Virus record (IMG/VR): IMGVR_UViG_3300036904_000029
Span: 1-41,475 of that record
DNA length: 41,475 nt
DNA from: a virus
Taxonomy: Duplodnaviria; Caudoviricetes
Direction: 5' to 3' (one strand)
Below, in pieces: positions 1 through 9,356 of the stretch. The notes beneath the pieces were generated by a model that saw only the letters and a program-made list of their open reading frames with translations, searched no databases and was not told the origin of the DNA. Numbering within the stretch: position 1 is the stretch's first letter; every line of letters starts with the position of its first letter. A program made the position numbers and the translations under genes.

Positions 1-127
1 TTGTGGATGTCAGCGGCCTGTCCGTCCCGCTGGGCGTCCAAGGATCATTAAACCTAAACACGTTTGGAATGTATGACGCATTCGCGAACGCGGACACCGA
101 TCCCATAGAGTTGACGCTGGAATTGTT
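1..127. repeat. Terminal direct repeat, identical to 41349-41475 (circular assembly overlap)
   Basis: ttgtggatgtcagcggcc...gctggaattgtt occurs at both ends; an ORF reads in frame across the join. Confidence 0.95.
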
Positions 128-374
128 GGTTCAATTCCCCGGATTGCTTCCTTATGTCGTGTACCGGGAGGACGTATCAGTTTACAAAAACGTGATCGAC
201 TTGGGAACGATGATTCCAACACCGATTCCAGCCGGGTTTCGCTCGCCGTGGGGAGTTGCGCCAGCGAACAGCGGAAGCGCCGGGGTTGCCGGGGCGGAAG
301 CTTACGACTTCGATTTTTATTATATTTGTGTTGCCGCGAACACTTGGCATCGTGTAGCCTTAGCTGCCTTCTGA
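1..374 (+). CDS. C-terminal part of the junction-spanning tail protein
   Basis: Ends in PANSGSAGVAG..AYD..YYICVAANTWHRVAL, a short C-terminal module common in phage tail proteins. Confidence 0.75.
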   Translation, partial: VDVSGLSVPLGVQGSLNLNTFGMYDAFANADTDPIELTLELLVQFPGLLPYVVYREDVSVYKNVIDLGTMIPTPIPAGFRSPWGVAPANSGSAGVAGAEAYDFDFYYICVAANTWHRVALAAF

Positions 375-376
375 AA

Positions 377-2401
377 ATGAAAAGACTTTTCGCGTTTCTA
401 AGCTTTGTGTTTCTTGTCGGCGCAACGATTCATGCCGCAAATCCGCCGAATTCGATTTACCTTCAATCAACGGGAACGGACGGGCATTTCCACGAAAACT
501 TTGTTTCAGGATCAACCGGGCAGATTCTAACTTTCAGCGGCAGCGGCACGCCAATCATTTCCAGTTCCAACACAAGCCTTCAACTTTACGGTGCGCTGAA
601 CAGCGGAACACTGTCAGGAATCACAACCGTAATCACCGGGTCAAGTTCCATCGCAGTTTCGTCAAGTGGCGGAAATCTTATCGTTGGATCGTTGCCCGTT
701 TTAACCGGCAGCGCGGTAACATCCATCCTTTCCGGCACAGGAATCGCCGTCACAACGACCGGAGGAACGAATACAATCAACAATTCTGGCGTGCTCGCGC
801 TCGAATCAGGAACCAATCCGATCACAACGGGAACCATTTTTATCGGCCCCAATCTTGTGCTTGTAAGTAATACGATTAGCGCAACAAGTTCAGTTGCAAA
901 CATCGTTTCCGGCACGGGAACTTCCGTCACTTCTACAAGCGGAACTTATACGATCAACAACGCGGGCGTGCTTGCATTGAAATCAGGAACCAATGCGATC
1001 ACAACGGGAACTATTTTCATCGGCAGCAACATGGCGCTTGTAAGCAATACGCTTAGCGCGACAAGCCCTGTTGCGAGCGTAGTTTCCGGCACTGGAACTG
1101 CCGTTACATCCACGGGCGGCACAAACACAATCAATAACACAGGCGCCCTCGCCGTCCTTGCCGGAACGAACACAACCGTAACAGTTGCCAGCGGCACCTA
1201 CACAATCAATGCAAGCGGCGGAGGCGGCGGCGTTTCTGGCATTTCAGTGACAAGCAGCAATGGCCAAACCGTCACCGTTTCTGGCACCAATTACAATGTT
1301 GGGCTTTCCACCGATAATGTTTCAGTCGGCAATCTCACGAGTAGCGGAACGATAAACGGAAACGCCGCAATTGTGAACACGGCGCAAGTGGGAAGCGCCA
1401 CTGTTCAAACGAGTCTGAATATGCTTTCCATTGCATTGGCAGACTTTCAAAGCGGGGCAAAAATTACCGGAACGCTGGCAGTTGCGACCAATGCGACCTA
1501 TGGGCGCTTTTTACTAAGCGGCACAGGAACTGCCGGAGCACTTGGACTGGCAATTAATGCTGCTGAGTTGGCGATTAATGGAACGAATGTCAGCACAGTT
1601 GCCGGGTCTGCGATTGCGAGCGGAACAGGCATTGCAACGACGCTCAGCGGCACGACGACGACGATCAACAATACCGGCGCACTTAGCGTCCTATCCGGCA
1701 CGGGCACTCATGTTACAACCGTCAACGGCACGAACACCATCAACAACACAGGCGCGCTTGCAATTGTTCAGGGAACGAACACAACCGTAACAGTTGCCAG
1801 CGGCACCTACACAATCAATGCAAGTGGAGGAGGAGGAGGAGGCGGAAGCATCAGCATCACATCGAGCAACGGCCTCACGGTGACGCTGAGCGCCACGAAC
1901 TACAATGTCGGAAAAATCACCGACAGCGGCACGATGGCGGCGATCAACGCGACGGGCACAATCTACATCGCGGCAAACAATATCAGTCTCGGTAATCAGA
2001 CGGGGACGAACGGATACGTAGATTCGGCAGGTAACATGTATCTGAGTGGCACGCTTCAAGTTGGCGCGGCGGGTTATGGTGCCATTCACATTGGCAATCC
2101 TCATGATGTTGGCGAGCCTTATATGTCACTTGGTGATCAGACTGGCGGAAATTGGTGGATTGACGGCATGGGAAACGCATATCTCGATGCAGGCGGTAAC
2201 CACACGACTCAGACTTTTTACAACGCGACCGTAAGGGGAACCTTAACGGCCAGCACTGCTGCTGCCGCTTTGTTTGGCAACATCCTCGCCGGAGCATCCA
2301 TCAGTCCCGTCGCAGACGGAACCTATGCCATCAGCAGTTCGCTGGGCGGCTCGATCACTTTCCAGTCTGGAATCGTCACAAGCTACACGCCCATGCCCTG
2401 A
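377..2401 (+). CDS. Gly/Thr/Ser-rich repetitive tail fibre/adhesin-like protein with N-terminal signal peptide
   Basis: Likely start MKRLFAFLSFVFLVGATIHA at 377; many SGTGxxVTxxxGTxTINNxG repeats; located at the end of the tail module. Confidence 0.7.
   Translation: MKRLFAFLSFVFLVGATIHAANPPNSIYLQSTGTDGHFHENFVSGSTGQILTFSGSGTPIISSSNTSLQLYGALNSGTLSGITTVITGSSSIAVSSSGGNLIVGSLPVLTGSAVTSILSGTGIAVTTTGGTNTINNSGVLALESGTNPITTGTIFIGPNLVLVSNTISATSSVANIVSGTGTSVTSTSGTYTINNAGVLALKSGTNAITTGTIFIGSNMALVSNTLSATSPVASVVSGTGTAVTSTGGTNTINNTGALAVLAGTNTTVTVASGTYTINASGGGGGVSGISVTSSNGQTVTVSGTNYNVGLSTDNVSVGNLTSSGTINGNAAIVNTAQVGSATVQTSLNMLSIALADFQSGAKITGTLAVATNATYGRFLLSGTGTAGALGLAINAAELAINGTNVSTVAGSAIASGTGIATTLSGTTTTINNTGALSVLSGTGTHVTTVNGTNTINNTGALAIVQGTNTTVTVASGTYTINASGGGGGGGSISITSSNGLTVTLSATNYNVGKITDSGTMAAINATGTIYIAANNISLGNQTGTNGYVDSAGNMYLSGTLQVGAAGYGAIHIGNPHDVGEPYMSLGDQTGGNWWIDGMGNAYLDAGGNHTTQTFYNATVRGTLTASTAAAALFGNILAGASISPVADGTYAISSSLGGSITFQSGIVTSYTPMP
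1163..1824 (+). repeat. 53-bp exact intragenic duplication (1163-1215 and 1772-1824); a diverged 177-bp-period duplication also lies at about 780-1140
   Basis: ggaacgaacacaaccgtaacagttgccagcggcacctacacaatcaatgcaag occurs twice. Confidence 0.85.
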
Positions 2402-2404
2402 TTT

Positions 2405-2728
2405 ATGAAAACAAAACGCATCACAGCAATCATCCTCACAGCAGCCGCGCTCGCCACTGCAGGCCTGCTTCGCGCGCAGTCGCCAGCGCCGACTCCCGCG
2501 CCGCTTCCGACACCGCGCATGGTGCCCGAGCGCACGAGCTTCACCTTCACGCCCGCCGAGACGCAGGCGCTGCTCGCGTCGCTGGCCGCGCAGTTGAGCG
2601 CGCTCGGCCATCCCGTGCCGAACGTCCCAGGCGTCATGGTGCAGAACGGCAATTTCCGCATCGAAACCAGCGGCAGCAACGCCGGTAAATCCTATCTCAC
2701 GCTAGGCTATGTGCTGAGCGGCACCTGA
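2405..2728 (+). CDS. Small exported protein, possible fibre chaperone
   Basis: Signal peptide MKTKRITAIILTAAALATAGLLRA, Pro-rich linker; directly follows the fibre gene. Confidence 0.55.
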   Translation: MKTKRITAIILTAAALATAGLLRAQSPAPTPAPLPTPRMVPERTSFTFTPAETQALLASLAAQLSALGHPVPNVPGVMVQNGNFRIETSGSNAGKSYLTLGYVLSGT

Positions 2729-2764
2729 TTTCGAACCGCAACCTGAAATAAAACTCACCATACC

Positions 2765-3091
2765 ATGTCCAACGAAGCTGAACCGCAGCAAAGGAAATTC
2801 GTTTCATGGCTGAATACCGTGCTGCTTGGAATAATCATCGCGGGCGGCGGAGTATTTTGCGAATGGAGCGGCACGCGATCCGTTGACCAAGGCGAAAGAT
2901 TGTCAGCCATTCAAGCAAGCCAAGTCACGCGGGCAGAGTTGGAGACAAAAATAAGCACGTCCCAAAACGAATTTAACTTGCGGCTTACAGCGATCCAAAA
3001 CGACCAAATCCAGCTTCGCGCGAAACTGACAGAAATGGAAATCAAGCAGGCGGCGGTCGCCGCCGCATTAGTAAAGAAAGAAAACCAATGA
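2765..3091 (+). CDS. Single-TM coiled-coil membrane protein (lysis module)
   Basis: One hydrophobic segment followed by a heptad-like region. Confidence 0.55.
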   Translation: MSNEAEPQQRKFVSWLNTVLLGIIIAGGGVFCEWSGTRSVDQGERLSAIQASQVTRAELETKISTSQNEFNLRLTAIQNDQIQLRAKLTEMEIKQAAVAAALVKKENQ

Positions 3092-3489
3092 ATCCACCAG
3101 CAACAATCAGTGACAGAATCATTCAGCTTTTAATCATGCGGTTTAGCGCCGCATTAACTACAACTCTTTCCGCGCTTGTGGCGATTGCAGTTACAAAACT
3201 TTCAACGCTGATTCCCGGCGTTGCGGAAAACATCAATCAAGTGGAAGTTGTGACGTTCTTAACGGTTGTCATTATGACGCTGATTCACGGATTTCTCGTC
3301 AACGTGCTAACCAAGCACACGAAACCGATCCAAGCCGCACTAAGGAAGCTCGGCTACAACGTGGACGTGGACGGCTGGATAGGAACCGCGTCAAGCGGTC
3401 TTATTGCGCAAAAAGCGCAGTTGACGTTGCCGCCGCCCAGTTCTACGCTCTCTCCCACGGTGGCAACAATGCCGCCAATCAGCAAATAA
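3088..3489 (+). CDS. Holin-like membrane protein with peptidoglycan-binding-like motif
   Basis: Two hydrophobic helices, then IQAALRKLGYNVDVDGWIG. Confidence 0.55.
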   Translation: MNPPATISDRIIQLLIMRFSAALTTTLSALVAIAVTKLSTLIPGVAENINQVEVVTFLTVVIMTLIHGFLVNVLTKHTKPIQAALRKLGYNVDVDGWIGTASSGLIAQKAQLTLPPPSSTLSPTVATMPPISK

Positions 3490-3503
3490 AACCAAACCAA
3501 ACA

Positions 3504-4019
3504 ATGAAAATGAAAACAGCACACAAAGCATTATCACTAATCACCGCCGCAACTCTTTTTTTCGCAATGTCGTCATGCGAAAGCGTCAAAAGTTTCTTCG
3601 CTTCGCCACAGGCGCAAACCGATGAAACCGCCGCGATCAACGTAATCAAGACAACCGCAATCGACGCGATCACGGGCGCGATCACGGGCGCGCTTGGCGG
3701 CGTTCCGGGCATTGAAGCCGGGGCAATCACAGGGGCCGGGCAGGGGCTTGTTGCCAGCGTTCCGCAAGCGATCTATGCAATCGAATCTGGCGCAACTTCG
3801 CCAACGTCAAAAGCGGTTGAAAGCGCAATCGCGAGCATTGCGGGTAGTCCCGTTGTCGCGGCATCCGTCGCGCCGACAATAGCCGGGCAGATTGCCAAGG
3901 CTACAAGCAACGGCATTCCGGCAACCACAGCCGCGAACATCATCAACGCGGCGCTGTACGCCATTGCGGCGCAACCGGCGGCATCAAAAAACAACACGGT
4001 AGCGCCGCCCGCACAGTAA
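3504..4019 (+). CDS. Lipoprotein (spanin-like candidate)
   Basis: Basic N-terminus, h-region, lipobox-like AMSSC; adjacent to the endolysin. Confidence 0.6.
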   Translation: MKMKTAHKALSLITAATLFFAMSSCESVKSFFASPQAQTDETAAINVIKTTAIDAITGAITGALGGVPGIEAGAITGAGQGLVASVPQAIYAIESGATSPTSKAVESAIASIAGSPVVAASVAPTIAGQIAKATSNGIPATTAANIINAALYAIAAQPAASKNNTVAPPAQ

Positions 4020-4031
4020 CCGGAACGATCT

Positions 4032-4607
4032 GTGATTTTCTCTGCCACAAAAAGCCCGGTATTCAACCGGGGCGTTCCGCCGGATGAATTTCTGGCGGAA
4101 CTTGTGGCATGGGGAAAAACCGCCAGTGAAAGCATTTTCACGTTCAACACGGAACCGCATGACGTTTTTGGGAGCACGTATCCGGCGTTAGGCCCGTGGC
4201 CCGGCGATGAAGGCACGCCGGAATGGTTGAATGCGCGTTGCGCGGCAATGCTTGAAATCATGCGCGTGCTTGCCGGGTTTGAATCGTCTTGGGACTGGAA
4301 TTGCGGAGTGGACACAAGCAACCCTGAAAGTGACACGCCGGAATCAGAGGAAGCGGGCGCATGGCAAGTCAGTTACGACAGCCATGTTATCGGGCAGGAT
4401 TTAAGAGACTTGCTTGCGGCGCACAATATCAATGACGGCATCGCGTTTCAAAAGGCAATGAAAGAGGATCACGCCTTGGCTATGGAATATGCCGCCCGGC
4501 TGTTCCGGCATACAACGCATGAAAACGGCCCGCTTGTGCGGCATGAAGTCAATCCGTGGCTCGACAAGGATTCCGCAGCCGAATTCTTGAAACTCATGGC
4601 GGCGTGA
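4032..4607 (+). CDS. Putative endolysin, lysozyme/lytic transglycosylase-like fold
   Basis: LAGFESS (catalytic Glu-Ser-like) and GAWQ motifs; lysis context. Confidence 0.6.
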   Translation: MIFSATKSPVFNRGVPPDEFLAELVAWGKTASESIFTFNTEPHDVFGSTYPALGPWPGDEGTPEWLNARCAAMLEIMRVLAGFESSWDWNCGVDTSNPESDTPESEEAGAWQVSYDSHVIGQDLRDLLAAHNINDGIAFQKAMKEDHALAMEYAARLFRHTTHENGPLVRHEVNPWLDKDSAAEFLKLMAA

Positions 4608-4698
4608 TCCAACCCCGTGAAGCGGACAGCCAAGCAGATTGCACGGCTTCATGTTCGCGGGGACTTGGGAAAGATAACAACGCTGCTTTTGATTTCCC

Positions 4699-5016
4699 AT
4701 GTTGCGGCGAAGTCCATTAAAAAAGGCTGGCAAAAAGACGGCGGAATGGAACCGGGAGCGGGCGAAGTTGAAGGAAGGATTCCAGCGGGCGGGAATAACA
4801 TTCTGCGAACTTGGATTGCAAGGTTGCTGGAAAGGAAATGGACTAAGTTTCGCGCACAGCAAAAAGCGGCGGAACATCCAAGGGAATGAATTGTCGGAAG
4901 TTATCTTGGCTTGCATCAACTGTCACGGCATCATTGAACGCAAGCCGGAAAAGAAAATGACTGCGATCGTACGTAAAACAATTCGCTTGCGCGAAACGCC
5001 GGTTGAAGTAACGTGA
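4699..5016 (+). CDS. HNH/NinG-like zinc-binding nuclease
   Basis: CELGLQGC...FAHSKKR...LACINCH. Confidence 0.6.
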   Translation: MLRRSPLKKAGKKTAEWNRERAKLKEGFQRAGITFCELGLQGCWKGNGLSFAHSKKRRNIQGNELSEVILACINCHGIIERKPEKKMTAIVRKTIRLRETPVEVT

Positions 5017-5062
5017 ATCCTTCAACGTGGCTGCGAGCCGTGTTGGTTTGTCAAAAAGTCAG

Positions 5063-5102
5063 CAACGCCGGGACGCCGAAAGGTTTCCCGGCGTTGTCTT
5101 TT
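5063..5102 (+). terminator. Rho-independent terminator ending the late/lysis operon
   Basis: Stem caacgccggga/tcccggcgttg followed by tctttt. Confidence 0.75.
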
Positions 5103-5120
5103 ACGGGGACAAAATAAATC

Positions 5121-5148
5121 TTGACAGTTGTATGACATATCATAAACT
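5121..5148 (+). promoter_or_regulatory. Sigma70-like promoter with an operator-like palindrome in the spacer
   Basis: TTGACA-N16-TAAACT; spacer contains tatgacatatcata. Confidence 0.65.
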
Positions 5149-5177
5149 GCTTGCGACTTAATGAAAAACCAACTGAC

Positions 5178-5462
5178 ATGGAATCGAATTCAAATAGGGT
5201 AACTGCTTGCCCGGATTGCTACGGAAGCGGATTCTTGGACTTGCTGGAAACAATGACATGCGTTGTTTGCGGCGGACTCGGAAAGCTTAAAATTGTCACG
5301 GGTCAAGTTTCGTCAACGCAACTTGCAAGCGGCGCACGCGAGATAGCCGCAAGACTTTCCCAAAAGCAGCGCGAGCAAAAGCAACAGCAAGCCGCGCGCG
5401 AACAATTCCAAAAGCAAAGCGTTCCGATCCAAGGGAAGCGCAAATTCAATTTCAGCGAATAA
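5178..5462 (+). CDS. Small CxxCxGxG zinc-finger protein
   Basis: CPDCYGSG...CVVCGGLG. Confidence 0.6.
   Translation: MESNSNRVTACPDCYGSGFLDLLETMTCVVCGGLGKLKIVTGQVSSTQLASGAREIAARLSQKQREQKQQQAAREQFQKQSVPIQGKRKFNFSE
5307..5322. repeat. 16-bp palindromic motif, copy 1 (GTTTCGTCAACGCAAC)
   Basis: Read directly; one of nine copies found. Confidence 0.9.
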
Positions 5463-5522
5463 ATCCAAACATCAAAATATGAACATCAAAAACAATCCGG
5501 CGGCATTCCCATATCAAAAACA

Positions 5523-6326
5523 ATGAACGCCAACGAACAGCCGATAGTATTGAAAGAGTTTTCCGGGAAGCCGGAAATAACAGCAAACGCATTTCAGCTA
5601 AAGGAAACCGCCCTTGCGCTTGCCAAAAATATAACCGCCGTGACAAGCGACCAAGACTTGCAAACGGCAACCGTGGCGTTCCGGGCGCTCGCGGACTTGC
5701 GGCGGAACATGGACAAAAGCCGGAAAGCGGTAGCCGCGCCGGTTGACGATCTGAAAAAGGAAATCAACCGGCAAGCCGGGGACTTCATCGCGGAACCGGA
5801 AAAAGAGGAAGCTCGGATTGAAGGGCTGATAAACCATTACCAACGGCAGAAATTGCAGCAACAGCGGGACGCGGAAGCCGCAAGGGATCGTGAATTGCAG
5901 GCGGCGCAAACACAGCTTACGGGCGCGCAGACAAAGGAAAATCAGGCGGCGGCATTGCGCGAGAAAGCCAAGACCGCAAAACCGGCCGAAGCTGCCCGGC
6001 TTATCAAGCAGGCGGAAGCCTTGGAATCGGAAGCCTTGGACATGGCGCTCAACGTGGAATCGGCGGCGCTGACAGTCACGGGGCCGGTTGCAGGATTCAA
6101 GCCAAAAGGGTTGAGCGTGAAAGTTCAATTCGACTACCAAGTGTTGAAATCATACGAATTCATTTCATCACACCCGGAATTTTGGACATGGAATGAAAAG
6201 GATGAAACTTACAAAATCAAGCGCCGGGAGTTGTTGGAAGAAATCAACAAAGAGGGCGGCATGTTCGCAGTCAACGCGCCGCGCGGGTTGAACATCTTTG
6301 AATCGGTGAAATCAAACGTGAGATAA
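5523..6326 (+). CDS. Coiled-coil recombination-module protein (Gam/Gp157-like candidate)
   Basis: Long helical Ala/Glu/Lys-rich protein upstream of the annealase; family uncertain. Confidence 0.5.
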   Translation: MNANEQPIVLKEFSGKPEITANAFQLKETALALAKNITAVTSDQDLQTATVAFRALADLRRNMDKSRKAVAAPVDDLKKEINRQAGDFIAEPEKEEARIEGLINHYQRQKLQQQRDAEAARDRELQAAQTQLTGAQTKENQAAALREKAKTAKPAEAARLIKQAEALESEALDMALNVESAALTVTGPVAGFKPKGLSVKVQFDYQVLKSYEFISSHPEFWTWNEKDETYKIKRRELLEEINKEGGMFAVNAPRGLNIFESVKSNVR

Positions 6327-6330
6327 CATC

Positions 6331-6540
6331 ATGGCGAAAATCAACATCGTAATCGACTCAGACATAGAGGACAGTCTTGCGCCCGTGTTCAACCTTGGGA
6401 AAGAGGGAACAATGGCGGAAGTGGCGTCACTCGGCATATCCCTGATTGCCATTGCCGGGGTACAAAATTGCAACATCGCCGTGACGTTTCCAGACGGCGA
6501 AATTCATAAGCGGAGTTACCGCCCGGATGCGAGGCAATAA
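6331..6540 (+). CDS. Hypothetical protein
   Basis: Tightly packed ORF in operon. Confidence 0.55.
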   Translation: MAKINIVIDSDIEDSLAPVFNLGKEGTMAEVASLGISLIAIAGVQNCNIAVTFPDGEIHKRSYRPDARQ

Positions 6541-6739
6541 AACCATGCGAAAGATGAAATTCAGGCCCGGCAAGCAGAATCAGATTTTTCTAACCGTGAA
6601 CGAATCGCAGATTGAAACTTTGAACGCGATGCTTGACGGCGGATTGCACGGAAAAAGCATCCCGCAAGTTGCGCTGCGAATCTTGGATGAGGCGTTCATT
6701 AATTTTCGTCGGGAAACTCCAATCACAAAATCAAAATGA
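6527..6739 (+). CDS. Ribbon-helix-helix-like DNA-binding protein
   Basis: IFLTVNESQIETLNAMLDGGLHGKSIPQVALRIL beta-alpha-alpha pattern. Confidence 0.5.
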   Translation: MRGNKTMRKMKFRPGKQNQIFLTVNESQIETLNAMLDGGLHGKSIPQVALRILDEAFINFRRETPITKSK

Positions 6740-8409
6740 AATCAAACCCCAAAGCACAAATCGCCAAAGTTCCACAACCCAAACATTCCGAGCCGCCCAA
6801 CGCGGCGTTAATGGAAAAAGCTTTGACCGGGCAAGACTTGGCGGGACTCTCCCCGGAACAGCGGTTGAGTTACTACAAAGCCGTTTGCGAAAGCTTAAAG
6901 CTTAACCCGCTGACAAAGCCATTCGACTTCATTTCATTGGACGGGAAAACCGTCCTGTACGCTCGGAAGGATTGCACGGAACAGCTAAGGCGGCGCGATA
7001 CAATCAGCGTGCGGTTGCTGAGCCGTGAAACATCCGGGGGCTGCTATATTGTCACCGCACAGGCTTCGCTTCCGAACGGACGGGTTGACGAATCAATCGG
7101 GATCGTGCCAGTAGTTCACCCGGATAAATACAAGGTATGGAATGACGCGGAGCAAAAGAATGCCTGGAAGGATCATCCGAAAGCCGGGCAACCATTGACC
7201 GGGGCGGACTTGGCAAACGCCATGATGAAGGCGGAAACCAAGGCGAAGCGCCGGGTTACTCTTTCCATCGCCGGGCTTGGGATCATGGACGAAAGCGAGA
7301 TTGAGCACGGAGAGCACACGCCTTTTGAAAACGAAACGATTCCCGCAGCATCACAGCAACCGCAAAAGACACTTGCTGCAAGACTGTTTGACCGAAACAC
7401 AACCTTGGCGGAACTGGAAGTGATCCGGGATGAATACTTGGCAAAAAAGGAAAGTGTCCCGCATGAAATCCTTGGACTGATAGCCGACATGAAACTTGTC
7501 GCGAGCGGCGACATAGAGCGCGCGGAACTGGAAAAGTATTACTCGCAAACCGCGCCGGTTGTTACCCCGATCGTACCGGGAACCGTTTCCTGGCCGGTAA
7601 TCGAAACAAAGAACGATGTCCGCGTTGACAACTGGCGATTGGTTGTCTGTCATATCGGCAAAGCGAACGGGCCGATGCTTGGGAAGATGTTGGGCGAAGT
7701 TCATCCAAAAATCATCACTTGGCTTAAAGAAAAGTGGATTGAGGGAGACAGCCCAAACAGCTACCCGGCAAATCCGAGCGAAGCTGACAAAACGCTCAAA
7801 ACAGCCGTTCTAGCCGCGTTAAAGGACTTGGCGGCATCCGGTACACCGCCGGAACCGGCGAAAGAGGCACAGCAGCCCAAAGAAACGCAAGCCGCACCGG
7901 AACCGAAGCCGGAACAGGCGCAAAAACCAGAACCGCCGATCATCGAAGCGGAAACCGAAGTGACGCCGGTTGCCGCAAACGACGACTGGCGCAAGGCGAA
8001 AGTCCCGTTCCCGTGCAAAATCCAAAACAAGACGCTTAGTGAGCTTGCGCCGGATTTCTTTTGTGCGATCAAAACGCAGCTAATCGACAAGCGGAATTGG
8101 GAAACCGAAACCGTGGAACACAAGAAATTCAAAGCCTTGTATGAATTGGCGGCAGAGGATACCGGCTACCTTTTGAGCGCTGAAACATTGCGGGCGAAAA
8201 TTCGCGAATGGTTTGATGACATGGTTTTGACTGAGGAAGATGCGATTGCGTTTCTGGTACAGCAAGGGATTCTGGAAACGGAGGAAGGCTATGCCGGGAT
8301 TTCAGAAGCGTTGCTTTTGCATATCTGGCAAAACCGCAAAACGCTCAAAGAAATTCACCGCGAGGCATCACAGCCGAAGGCGCAACCGAAACCCAAGAAA
8401 GGAAAATAA
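6736..8409 (+). CDS. ssDNA-annealing recombinase (RecT/Bet-like N-domain) with long C-terminal extension
   Basis: LSPEQR..YY...C.SL.LNPLTKPF and LANAMMKAETKAKRRVTLSIAGLG motifs. Confidence 0.7.
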   Translation: MKSNPKAQIAKVPQPKHSEPPNAALMEKALTGQDLAGLSPEQRLSYYKAVCESLKLNPLTKPFDFISLDGKTVLYARKDCTEQLRRRDTISVRLLSRETSGGCYIVTAQASLPNGRVDESIGIVPVVHPDKYKVWNDAEQKNAWKDHPKAGQPLTGADLANAMMKAETKAKRRVTLSIAGLGIMDESEIEHGEHTPFENETIPAASQQPQKTLAARLFDRNTTLAELEVIRDEYLAKKESVPHEILGLIADMKLVASGDIERAELEKYYSQTAPVVTPIVPGTVSWPVIETKNDVRVDNWRLVVCHIGKANGPMLGKMLGEVHPKIITWLKEKWIEGDSPNSYPANPSEADKTLKTAVLAALKDLAASGTPPEPAKEAQQPKETQAAPEPKPEQAQKPEPPIIEAETEVTPVAANDDWRKAKVPFPCKIQNKTLSELAPDFFCAIKTQLIDKRNWETETVEHKKFKALYELAAEDTGYLLSAETLRAKIREWFDDMVLTEEDAIAFLVQQGILETEEGYAGISEALLLHIWQNRKTLKEIHREASQPKAQPKPKKGK

Positions 8410-8663
8410 TGTTGCACGTCGCAAAACATTCCAAGGGCTACACGGAACTAACCAAGCGTTCCAAAAAGCACACCTTCACGCCGGTAAAGGTGGATCCCAA
8501 AACCGGCGAAGAAACGGCACAGCGTCCCGTAACCGTGGAATTGAAAACGGTTGCGTTGACGCAACCGGAAACCGTCCCGGCAAAAGGATTCACCGCAAAG
8601 CAGCAGCGGATGATTGACCTTGGCCGAAAAAGACTGACAACAAGCAACCCAGCCCGCAAATGA
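8409..8663 (+). CDS. Hypothetical basic protein
   Basis: Translationally coupled on both sides. Confidence 0.55.
   Translation: MLHVAKHSKGYTELTKRSKKHTFTPVKVDPKTGEETAQRPVTVELKTVALTQPETVPAKGFTAKQQRMIDLGRKRLTTSNPARK
8550..8565. repeat. 16-bp palindromic motif, copy 2 (GTTGCGTTGACGCAAC)
   Basis: Read directly. Confidence 0.9.
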
Positions 8664-9355
8664 AAATGGACATGATAAAAGGAACCAAAATCGAAATCAA
8701 GCCATTCGGATACGTCCGTTACGTGGATCATCTTGGCAGCGACCGGCGCATAGTGGAAGCCGCGCGAGTTAGCTACCATTCGCCAAGCAAGGGCGACGAA
8801 GCGGATTATAAGTTGCTTGAATACCTTTACCGGAACCGCCACACGTCCCCGTTTGAACAATGCAACATCACGTTCAACATCAAATTTCCGATCTTCCTAA
8901 TGCGGCAATTTGTCAGGCATCGCATGTTCCGGCTGAACGAATGGAGCGGACGGTATAGCGAGCTTGCGGATGAATTCTACACGCCGGAAAAATGGCGCGC
9001 ACAGGATACAAAAAACAAGCAGGGAAGCGTTGACGGCGACGGGCTGAAACAATGGCAATGCGATACACTCTGCCGAGATGCGTACCGGGCGGCTTACGAA
9101 AGCTATCAGGCGTTGCTAAAACAGGGAGTCGCCAAGGAACAGGCCCGCTTCGTTCTGCCGGTTGGCATCTACACGGAGATTTATGTCAACTGCGATCTTC
9201 ACAACCTGCTGCATTTTCTCCGCTTGCGGCTGGACGCGCACGCGCAGGCGGAAATGAGGGAGATTGCAGAGGCGATGCGCGGGATTGCGGCGGAACTGTT
9301 CCCGTGGACGTTCGCGGCTTTTGAAAAATTCGTTGTGGAAGTGAGGGAGAAATAA
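8660..9355 (+). CDS. thyX: Flavin-dependent thymidylate synthase
   Basis: AARVSY, HTSPFE, RQFVRHR-x7-S (NEWSGRY), EQARFVLP, HAQAEMR motifs. Confidence 0.95.
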   Translation: MKMDMIKGTKIEIKPFGYVRYVDHLGSDRRIVEAARVSYHSPSKGDEADYKLLEYLYRNRHTSPFEQCNITFNIKFPIFLMRQFVRHRMFRLNEWSGRYSELADEFYTPEKWRAQDTKNKQGSVDGDGLKQWQCDTLCRDAYRAAYESYQALLKQGVAKEQARFVLPVGIYTEIYVNCDLHNLLHFLRLRLDAHAQAEMREIAEAMRGIAAELFPWTFAAFEKFVVEVREK

Positions 9356-9356
9356 C

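Noticed and set aside
1-127. 127-bp terminal repeat as a biological DTR or att site
   Set aside because: The length equals a common assembler k-mer and it falls mid-gene; best read as a circular-contig overlap
248-376. Upstream extension of the fibre ORF
   Set aside because: Overlaps the preceding gene; ATG 377 follows its stop and yields a clean signal peptide
780-1824. Fibre repeats as DGR template/variable regions
   Set aside because: No reverse transcriptase in the genome; differences are not adenine-specific and both copies are in-frame coding
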